A DNA stretch of 32,000 nucleotides. It comes from Amoeboradix gromovi X-113. Lineage: Eukaryota; Fungi; Sanchytriomycota. Every line of letters begins with the position of its first letter. Within the stretch, counting starts at the first letter, position 1. The stretch spans positions 1 to 32,000 of the forward strand of contig JADGIF010000021.1 of assembly GCA_018985225.1 (NCBI GenBank). The letters are read 5' to 3'. The notes beneath the pieces are model-generated. The model had not been told where the DNA came from. It saw only the letters and a program-made list of their open reading frames with translations, and searched no databases. Of this stretch, positions 11,101 to 18,658 are shown one piece after another. The position numbers were made by a program, and so were the translations under genes.

Positions 11101-12173
11101 AACTGTATGCCATGCTTTGGTTTGACATTAAACTTCTTTAGACCTTGTTCGAGAATAGACTTGAATTGCTTTTGATGTATTGCATGATCTATGGCTTGTT
11201 GCTCTATGGGTAGCGGTGTGTTAGACCAATTGACCCACTGCTCCAATAAGATGGACAAATGATTCAAGCAATAAGTTCTTAACTGGTTTGGGGTAAATGG
11301 TACAACAGTAGAAGCCGGATAGAAAGGCTCTACCAATGCAGGATATGGCTCGTAGTCCGAGTGGTTAGTTATTGTTTTGTTAAAAAATAAAATTAGTTTT
11401 TCAAATAAGTTTATCTGCATTGTTGGATTACAGTCATAGTTGATATAAAACTCAATCCAATACTTGACATTTATGGTGGATAAAACATGGATCGAATGCT
11501 CATTGATTTGATTTAAAAGTAGCTTGAAATACACCTCAAAATGGTGCGGATATACTGGAAGCAAGGAGATGGTATGTTGTAAAATATATGTGGAGAGGAT
11601 AGAGTTTATAGGGGAACGAGTTAGATTGATAGTCATTGGAAGCAGAATATTGTAGTTTATAAACTGCTGTTTTGAAAGGAATAAAATTGAGAACAAACAT
11701 AAATCATCGGGATATTTGCAGCTTAATTTACATAACACTAGCAGGATTGCATTATAGTAAGGGACAAGCTCTTGGTTATTGTCTGAGGGTTGTGTGAGTT
11801 GAAGAAACAAGGCACCCATTTGAGATGAATTGGACTGCTTGTACAACGCATACAACTTGCGCATTAAAAATAACAGAGCATCTATATCATTTGGGGAGAA
11901 ATGTTGAAGATGGGATTTTATATTCAAATGAATAAATTGACCCATTAAAATCATTTCATTCGGTTTCAAAAGCAGCTCGGCGTTTAGAATGTCCTCAATG
12001 TAGGCTTGGGAAATTTTATCAACTTGAGCGTATTTAACAAGGACATCAAGGAATAGCTGTGGGTTCTGGGAGAGATTGTCCTTGATTGACTGTAGTATCT
12101 CTTGCTTTTGAGAAGGATACTCGAACTTCTTATTCAAATGAGTATTCAATTTAAGTAAAGAAGATTGAAACAT
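8106..12173 (-). CDS. SEC7: Large Arf guanine-nucleotide exchange factor, Sec7/BIG family (about 1355 aa)
   Basis: Sec7 domain FRLPGEAQKIDRLM (glutamic finger) and AYSIILLNTDLHNPQVK; HDS motifs NMNRIKVEW, FAIDSLRQLAFKFL, NLKSGW, LWKAGFMKQRPNLHKQE. ATG 12173 is preferred because 12236 lies inside the upstream gene. Confidence 0.93.
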   Translation of the reverse strand: MFQSSLLKLNTHLNKKFEYPSQKQEILQSIKDNLSQNPQLFLDVLVKYAQVDKISQAYIEDILNAELLLKPNEMILMGQFIHLNIKSHLQHFSPNDIDALLFLMRKLYALYKQSNSSQMGALFLQLTQPSDNNQELVPYYNAILLVLCKLSCKYPDDLCLFSILFLSKQQFINYNILLPMTINLTRSPINSILSTYILQHTISLLPVYPHHFEVYFKLLLNQINEHSIHVLSTINVKYWIEFYINYDCNPTMQINLFEKLILFFNKTITNHSDYEPYPALVEPFYPASTVVPFTPNQLRTYCLNHLSILLEQWVNWSNTPLPIEQQAIDHAIHQKQFKSILEQGLKKFNVKPKHGIQFLVSNNCIPDNTPASIAKVLFHNGHQLSLTALGDYLGELENTEIMRQFIDFYDFTGLSFLSALRLLLSKFRLPGEAQKIDRLMLKFADRFTTFNQLFANADTAYILAYSIILLNTDLHNPQVKKKMSLEDFIKNNRGIDDGHDINPTILTEMYYDILDNEIKLDDKVKPIQVQGFVPGQKQQESLVINETSAIEKEFKRLDVKYATSTSPSGANNANTTPNGNSASATTPVHSPSKSITSTPSSATSLVLPANSIYITASHPDHVRDMFLLVWTSLLHTYSHALQYSNNTSVLNDALLGIQHSIHIACKYQLLVELNAFVTTLSKYCSKNPLIIEAFIAIAIREGDYLQGNWYIILTTIISTHNNSNGIGNVNNATNSISVAIDKLWQSTSQLNAINIVEFITQMCVISKDELKHDLLYACSKLVEISIYNMNRIKVEWTQLWGILGNYFVEMTMLDNIQHCQFAIDSLRQLAFKFLDLVEVEGFKFQATFMKPFLLILQQCKHAELKSFIVECMDLFVQGKYSNLKSGWGMILLILQQDMPIECIVLGFETVKRIMGYLELVISNGAYSDYLTTIACYCKHTELPKISLQAIELIRQITRQKTVQQSNASIPAEESDDQGILEKSSIVVSLCTIIISCDLEVRQRGVSILYDYLNNTSGLKSLIRLLQPLFDELSNDNDENRVIWLSTTFTTILRSHVELYSKYYNELEEELDMMLTLLKQCILHENEVIARLGTSCLMSLISNNYKNIKWELIGALMVDLFKNTTAHELFTHFTHLQSATPNASPDASAPAAVSNAATVTSPTSSSADLTLFQQVISQCVLQLLLIHLVDDMMKLEDITNIMDKECIIQMCDCLQSSWEFAHEFNENEELRFNLWKAGFMKQRPNLHKQETTSIMSLIRLLLKLIVKHRDMEERLIGVIMRLMQTYMVDGEEKKSKNAVKGAIEMVMDYLMDMENDIFDRIGKNMYPSMVMMTRMENDELMRFKMCDVLNRYRIYF

Positions 12174-12189
12174 TGCACTAAAAATTAAT

Positions 12190-12772
12190 TTATTTTGGTA
12201 TAAAAGCAAGCAATTCTTCGACGGTCCATTGATCATAAATGTTCTTGCCGTAATGGATGGCTAAAACTTTACCAGTGCCTGTATCAATGATCGAATCCAT
12301 TGGTTTAGATTTATGACCATGATTATCACCCTTGCGTTTAAATTTTGAGACAAATTTCTTGCCTTGAGCTATGGCTTTAAGAATGCGAGGCGAAGGAATG
12401 GAAAATGAGCTAGCTTCCTTAGTTCCGAATAATTTATATAACGTCTTTTCCGGATCTCCAACAAAATTTAAGCCGCGAGACCATTCTTGTTCACCTTGAT
12501 TCTCCAGAATGATCTCCGGTTCTGAGTGTAGAACTATAATCTCTCGCAAGCCTGCTTTTTCAATCTCTGGCAACTTGTTCGCAATAAACCTCATGTGAAC
12601 CTTAATTAATTGTAAATACATTGCACAAGGGACAACCTGAAAATCGTCTTAGTTGAAAATGTACAAGCCCACTTCCTCCCTTTAACAGTATAACTTCATT
12701 TTTGATGGTTGTGATCCTGTCTATTGGGACAAACTCACCAACTTTAATTTGCGTCATAAATGTTTCACTCAT
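12190..12772 (-). CDS. AhpC/TSA-like (peroxiredoxin-like) thioredoxin-fold protein; exons 12772-12620 and 12600-12190
   Basis: Splicing the 19-nt intron gives RRFSGCPLCN|VHMR, an intact CxxC followed by its helix, then GDPEKTLYKLFG and IHYGKNIYDQWTVEELL. The start could be ATG 12772 or 12757. Confidence 0.82.
12601..12619 (-). other. 19-nt spliceosomal intron GTATTTACAATTAATTAAG (phase 0)
   Basis: GT-AG ends; removal joins two ORFs in different frames into one domain; TTAAT with A at -6. Confidence 0.88.
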
Positions 12773-14155
12773 ATCTGGTACTTCAAAATAAATAATCAAG
12801 CAATTTCAGATTGCGCTCTAATCAGATCGAGTCTAATTTAAGGTAATCCTCATTTCGTCATCAATTTCTGTAGACTGCATACTGGTTCAATGATTGCTCA
12901 CTGTAAAATATAGTGGCACCATTAATAACTTAACAAGGCTAAGTAAATATGCAGAAATTAGTCTGTTTTAAAACCGCAAGTCCTGTATTATCTCAGTTAC
13001 TCGATACTCAAACAAGAAACAAAATACATGAAACTTGGGAAGCTTCAAATACTTGATTAAGCTTTCATTACGTTCCACTGGTGTTTTATTTTTTACATTT
13101 ATAAACAAAATTATTTACAAGATTCGCTGGTGTATCAAATAGTAGACCATATTTTCCAACCTGAAGAAATTTCAGGTCCCAGAAATGGTCTATAGCGATT
13201 TCACTGGAAACTCTTTTCAAGTAACTGCTGCTTCTTTTTACCTCGACTAGTAATAAACTTGCACAATTTTTTCTATTCTGCACCCTAGTTTATGTTGTGA
13301 ATATTTGTTACTAACGATAGAGGTATAGTATTTTCTTTCTATAGCAGAAGTAGTCTTTTTGCAGATATTAGCTACATATTACATTGCATTTTTTATTTGG
13401 TAACTTCTCATTAAAGTCCTAATTTACCAGAAAATCAAGAATTTCCACAGAAGAAACTGACAAAGCCGGTGACTTCCCTTACAGTGGCTACTTACGCTTC
13501 AACTACCCGAGGCAAGATTGAATAAGCATGCATATACTTCAAGTGTATCTTACTTGTCAGCATATAGCCTCTGCCTGCTCTCAGAGAACAATTTGTACAC
13601 TTGTATCTCTCCAACTTGGTTATCTTCATACCTCCGCACATCTTGTGCATGTTTGGCTATTAAATGTTATATTACAGTACATCAATGTCTTTTTTTTAAA
13701 TTTAAAGGGCGGAAGAACTTAATAACGGTATATCTTTCTTGTCATTGAGATTCCTGTTCTTATGGCACTCGTGGAGTAGTTTCTAGGTCTGCAAGATTGT
13801 ATTCAGTACCTGCCAACAACATTTTTAAAATTCGGTATATTCAGGATCAGACGACTTGGAACCATTTGCATTGAAGAGAAGCAAGAATGTCGATTGCTAT
13901 GCAACTAGAATAATCTAGCGTGTGTGTATCGGAGCGTCACGGCTTCTATAATCACGATAAACGACTTATTCAGCAAAATGTAGAGCTAAAATAGCATGCA
14001 TCTGGACATTTAAGTCAATTGACAATACGAGGCAAAAAATGAAACCATACAAACATAGGTATGAACAGTAATTAAAATTCTGCCAAGATATTAACGTTTA
14101 TACAAGTAGAAATCAATTGTATTGGAATGCTTGTGATGTAAAATTCAGATTATCA

Positions 14156-14162
14156 ATTTACT
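14156..14162 (-). terminator. Candidate poly(A) signal AGTAAAT after PEX3
   Basis: TGA ACGTATTA AGTAAAT; this also supports 14171 as the true PEX3 end. Confidence 0.5.
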
Positions 14163-14170
14163 TAATACGT

Positions 14171-15193
14171 TCATCCTCTATATGCATCAAACGAAGTGTA
14201 TATGGATACAGTAAACATGTTCAATAAAGATGAGTTCTGTATTTGCTGGCAGTATACAGACTGTGGTTTATTTATTTGCTTACATTCTTTAACTATGAAC
14301 GGCAATAGTTTGGCAAATGGTAAGCAGTCTGCTTTAATGCTTGCAAAGTACACCTCCATTTGAGATTCTAATGCATTGAATGTAACATCAAATAGCTGCG
14401 ATAAAACGACATAAAAATCTTTGCTACATCAATAAGTAAGCCACCTATCTATAACATCATACAGCTCATTATTCAGCTGATGAATATTCACAATTGAGTC
14501 ATCCTTTAGCTCATTCAACTTTTCGCGACTTGGTAGGATTATTTGCTTGAACTCGTATATGTTCTGATGAACCTCAATACTTTCACGCATTTCCTGTATC
14601 AGCTTATGTAAATCTTTAATGGAAACCGCCTGATTCAGCTCCAAATCATCAACACGCTTTAATGCATTCTGAATGTTTAAATTTTTCCATCCCTCTTCAA
14701 ATACAAATTGAGACTTTTCCAAGAATACATTCTGACTCTTTTTATCTGTAAATTTAATTTTAGAGTCATTCAACTCGCCTACGCTCTGTAAATAAGTGTA
14801 CTTCCCAATAATATTCATCTGAACATGAACTAACAAACTAAGAGCACAAGTAGCGTATAATTTAATAAAAAGTTTTTCCATGCATTTCGACTTGAACAGT
14901 TTCCAAGCAGTCAACTTATCCACATAGTTTCCGTCAATTAAAACCTGTTGTGAATTTTTAAATTGGCTCAAAGATTGAAGATAAAGCTCTAAATCTATAT
15001 CATCTATAGTCATCATGGACAGTAACTGGTCAATTGTGAATTGAGAATCTTGCTTAAAGTGTTTGTACCTTCTGCTAATGTTGGCCTCATAATTGGTAGC
15101 TAGTAGTTCAGATTTCAGTTTGGTCTTTGTGTAGACTATTGCACCGTAAAGACATAGCGGAATCAAAATATAACGTTTTTTAAGAAACCACAT
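14171..15193 (-). CDS. PEX3: Peroxin-3; exons 15193-14445 and 14423-14171 (333 aa)
   Basis: N-terminal FLKKRYIL plus TM anchor; ANISRRYKHFKQDSQFTI, KLTAWKLFK, VQMNIIGKYTY. The spliced junction YDVIDSKDFYVVL matches the Pex3 D-x-x-E/D-S-x-D-F region, followed by LPFAKLLP. Confidence 0.85.
14424..14444 (-). other. 21-nt spliceosomal intron GTGGCTTACTTATTGATGTAG (phase 2, contains an in-frame TGA)
   Basis: GT-AG ends; removes the only stop between two same-frame Pex3 segments; TTGAT with A at -6. Confidence 0.82.
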
Positions 15194-15218
15194 TTTATCC
15201 TCTTGTTTTAAAGAGAAT

Positions 15219-15225
15219 ATTTACT
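15219..15225 (-). terminator. Candidate poly(A) signal AGTAAAT after GPN3
   Basis: TAA AATT AGTAAAT. Confidence 0.5.
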
Positions 15226-15229
15226 AATT

Positions 15230-15952
15230 TTAAGTTCTTTCCATAACCTCTTCGTACTCACCAAAACCTAGACATTGATCCATTGAAAGTATTAAATCCT
15301 CAATTGTCTCTTCATCTCTGTAATCAACTGGAATCCATTGTAAATCCACATGGTCCTGTAAAACGGTTGCCAGTTTTTGTGTGAAGGAATCTTTTGCTTC
15401 TGGAGTTTCTTCCATATACCTTCGGTACTCGGGTAATAAATCACATTTTGTAAGCACATTGAGATGTGGTAGTCCCATAAGCATCATACTACTTAGTGCA
15501 TTTAATTGAATACTCCAATAATGATGCGGACTTGTCAGATGGTGTGCCTCTGTTAAATGAACGACTAGTTGCTGATATCCCATTTGTTCAAGCAACTTAA
15601 CAAGTCTTGGCATTAGATTTAGATGTGTATATAGTTCGATTTGACCCGGACAGTCAACTATCAAAAAATCGTTTTCAAAGTTGAATTTCTCATGAATCCA
15701 ATCGGAGTTCTCTAACAAATACTCATAGCAATAAATCAATGCACCATTTGGCCCCAGTCCTAATTCCTCCATAACATCATCCACCCGAATCAGATCTCTA
15801 ATATCAACACTACATTGATAATCTATATTTTCTACTGCCGGATCCATATTAATAGCATGGCAGTATCTGGTTTTAAAGTATTCCATCATTTCCTTAACAA
15901 AAGTGGACTTTCCTGCACCTGCAGTTCCCACACAATAAATCAAATATTTCAT
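15230..15952 (-). CDS. GPN3: GPN-loop GTPase 3
   Basis: GTAGAGKST, NMDPA, GLGPNGALIYCYEYL, DCPGQIELYTH, HLNVLTKCDLL. Confidence 0.9.
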   Translation of the reverse strand: MKYLIYCVGTAGAGKSTFVKEMMEYFKTRYCHAINMDPAVENIDYQCSVDIRDLIRVDDVMEELGLGPNGALIYCYEYLLENSDWIHEKFNFENDFLIVDCPGQIELYTHLNLMPRLVKLLEQMGYQQLVVHLTEAHHLTSPHHYWSIQLNALSSMMLMGLPHLNVLTKCDLLPEYRRYMEETPEAKDSFTQKLATVLQDHVDLQWIPVDYRDEETIEDLILSMDQCLGFGEYEEVMERT

Positions 15953-15995
15953 TGTGTATCCGAACTAACCCCTCGTTACTCTTTTATTCTTCAAC

Positions 15996-17864
15996 ATGGA
16001 CCTCTTAAAATTGAACTGGGCATATAATGACAACATTAACAATAACGAAATTCATCTCAAGTGTCTAAAACTGCTAAAAGCTAGATCTTCAAGTCCCAAA
16101 GAATATCTGCTAGCCAAGAAGTATTTATTTGAGTTACAAGCCAACATTGGAAAATGGAAAATGAACTTTCTTGGCTATATACTAACATATATATTTAATA
16201 AAATGTATCTGCAAATCAATGTTATGGTGGAGAATATTGCAACGATTCAATCTATCAGGAAGCGACATCCGGTAATTTATATACCTTGTCATAAGTCTCA
16301 TTTTGACTATTTGCTTATACAATTTGCTATTGTAACTCTACATTTAGGCGTGCCTTTTATAGCAGCAGGCGAAAATCTTAATTTAACGGGTGTTGGTAGC
16401 TTACTGAAAGGAGGTGGTGCTTTTTTCATTAAACGGTCTTTTACCGATCCAATTCACAAATTAGTAACTTCTACCTATATTAATGTTCTGCTCCAAGGTA
16501 ACCACTGCATAGAATTCTTTATTGAAGGCACACGAAGTCGAACTGGCAAATTAAAAAGACCAAAGTATGGTTTACTTAAAATGATTTCATCAGAAATGAA
16601 GAGCGATGCTTACATAGTTCCAATTAGTATTACTTACGATAGGGTTGTGGAAACACCCTCATACGTAGACGAGTTATCAGGGTCTGAAAAACAGCAAGAA
16701 AGCATTTTATCACTAATAAAAAGTGTATCAGTGATAAATGAAAAGTATGGAAACATTAGCATCAGATTTGGGGAGCCATTCTCTATCAAATCATATTTGG
16801 CTACCAGCAACATTCAAACTTTAGCTTATGAGATACTTTACAGAATCAATGATCTAGCAGTTATTTCACCCTCTACATTGTTTGCCACAGCGCTATTAAC
16901 ACATAGCGGTAAAGGAGTAGGACTTCTGGAATTAACGAAAAGAATAGATTGGATAAAAGAGCGAGTTTTGGATAGAAATGGGTACATTAATGTGCATACA
17001 GCAGAAGAAATAATAAAGGACTCTCTAAATATCCTTAAAAACACTCTAGTGAAGGAGAAACATGGGTTATTAGAGCAGATCTATTATACAGATAGGAGAT
17101 ATGAACTGTCCTACTACAGAAACCAGTTGATCCATTTGTTTGTAAATGAATCCCTGGTATGCGCTGTTATACATGCTCATAAACGAAGGGATTTGCTCGT
17201 AAATGATTTATTGCAGGGAGTTTTGTACTTGTCTAGATTACTGAAATTTGAGTTTATTTTCAGATCAAATCCAATTAAAGACAATTTGATGGACACTTTG
17301 TCTAGGTTAGAAAGAGATGGTATAATTAGTAAGTTTGATGATACTTTGGTATGCTTGAAACCACTTGTAGGGTCTCCTCGGGAGAAATTTGAATTTTATT
17401 GCTTGTTGGTTTGGCCATTTATTGAGAGCTATTGGTTAGCTACTGTGTCTTTGTACTCATTATACCTCTATTACAAACATAAGAAGCATAACGAGAGTTG
17501 TTCCACTGCTAGATTTATGCAAATAAACATGGATATTGGAAGTACCCTGCACTATCAAGGCGATTTATTCTTCATGGAGTCGATTAACAAGGATAACATC
17601 TTCAATGCATGGGAATATTTGAGGCTGATATTGCCATTTACTTTCCAGAAAAACGAAGTGGCATTAAACTATGATATTGTTGTTGAAAATGGAAAAGCAA
17701 TCGAGCTTAATGATCCCATCGCCAGTAACTTTCCACAGGGAGCGCTGAGTGATGCGATAAATAGAAACAATATGTTTAGAATGAAGCCGCACACGACAAT
17801 GTGGAGATTGATTAGATGTTGTGAAATAGCATATTTGAGACTTTCTTCAGATGCCAAACTATAA
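15996..17864 (+). CDS. GNPAT: Glycerolipid acyltransferase of the GPAT/DHAPAT family, probably peroxisomal dihydroxyacetone-phosphate acyltransferase
   Basis: PCHKSHFDY (HxxxxD), FIAAGENL, GAFFIKRSF, FFIEGTRSRTGK, VPISITYDRVVE, LSYYRNQLIHLF; ends in -AKL (PTS1). Confidence 0.82.
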   Translation: MDLLKLNWAYNDNINNNEIHLKCLKLLKARSSSPKEYLLAKKYLFELQANIGKWKMNFLGYILTYIFNKMYLQINVMVENIATIQSIRKRHPVIYIPCHKSHFDYLLIQFAIVTLHLGVPFIAAGENLNLTGVGSLLKGGGAFFIKRSFTDPIHKLVTSTYINVLLQGNHCIEFFIEGTRSRTGKLKRPKYGLLKMISSEMKSDAYIVPISITYDRVVETPSYVDELSGSEKQQESILSLIKSVSVINEKYGNISIRFGEPFSIKSYLATSNIQTLAYEILYRINDLAVISPSTLFATALLTHSGKGVGLLELTKRIDWIKERVLDRNGYINVHTAEEIIKDSLNILKNTLVKEKHGLLEQIYYTDRRYELSYYRNQLIHLFVNESLVCAVIHAHKRRDLLVNDLLQGVLYLSRLLKFEFIFRSNPIKDNLMDTLSRLERDGIISKFDDTLVCLKPLVGSPREKFEFYCLLVWPFIESYWLATVSLYSLYLYYKHKKHNESCSTARFMQINMDIGSTLHYQGDLFFMESINKDNIFNAWEYLRLILPFTFQKNEVALNYDIVVENGKAIELNDPIASNFPQGALSDAINRNNMFRMKPHTTMWRLIRCCEIAYLRLSSDAKL

Positions 17865-18046
17865 GCGAACATACTGCAATTAAACTTTCCACTTCTCTAT
17901 ATTGTGCTAGTCATCTAAGTAATATAAATTATACTACTGGGACACCAAATATAAAAGCTAGACTAAGTTTTAAATTATAAAGTATTATTTATTTATCCTA
18001 GTAAAACATAATATATCTCTAAAATGTCTATAAGTTGGATGTAATA

Positions 18047-18499
18047 TCAACCTGCAGCTCTTTTTGCGATCACTTTAACTTTTCTGTCCTTGTTTTTTCG
18101 ATATTTTCGCTTTTTAGTTGGCTTTGAAGGACTAATAGTAATTCCCTCGAGTTTACTAAGTATATGCGCCTCGGATTGCAATTCTGCAGCTTCTTTAGGT
18201 AGCTGATGCGCAACTGAACCTTTTTCTTTGCAAATCTTGTAAAATTCGTCATCTTCAATGGTACCTTCTAGGTCGTTCTTTATTGGGACCTTGGTAATTT
18301 CACCCTGAAATAAGTTACAATCTAATCTACCTTCGTTCATTTTCTGCAACTCATTTACTAAGCTTCTTAGTTCATCTTTTGATGCGGTTGTAAAAAATAG
18401 ATTTTTACCATCTGTATATGTTGGATTTAAATGGGCGTACTTTTTAACATCAGTAACATCGTATAGCGTACATCTCTTCCGCTCCTGAAATGTTGACAT
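18047..18499 (-). CDS. Hypothetical protein (150 aa) with a basic, NLS-like C-terminal tail
   Basis: ATG-initiated ORF filling an otherwise empty gap, with protein-like composition and KPTKKRKYRKNKDRKVK; no family recognised. Confidence 0.6.
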   Translation of the reverse strand: MSTFQERKRCTLYDVTDVKKYAHLNPTYTDGKNLFFTTASKDELRSLVNELQKMNEGRLDCNLFQGEITKVPIKNDLEGTIEDDEFYKICKEKGSVAHQLPKEAAELQSEAHILSKLEGITISPSKPTKKRKYRKNKDRKVKVIAKRAAG

Positions 18500-18658
18500 T
18501 TCAAAATTGGTTTATGTTAGTTTCACTGGTCCCCCTATTGAAGGCAATCAAAATAGTTTACTTTTGCTTCCAAGAATTATAGAATCATTACATTTTACGG
18601 TCTTAACTAACTTCTTTTTTGTCATGACGGCTCATCGTTATTCCGGCTAGCTTGAAAC

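Noticed and set aside
12174-12236. SEC7 starting at ATG 12236 and overlapping the redoxin gene
   Set aside because: The extension lies mostly in the last codons of the upstream CDS in another frame and has no recognisable similarity; ATG 12173 is more plausible.
14429-14431. TGA readthrough, selenocysteine or a reassigned stop codon in PEX3
   Set aside because: The stop lies inside a GT-AG segment with the same branch geometry as the other introns. Splicing gives a better Pex3 match (DVIDSKDF), and TGA ends other genes normally (GlyRS, SEC7, GT14).
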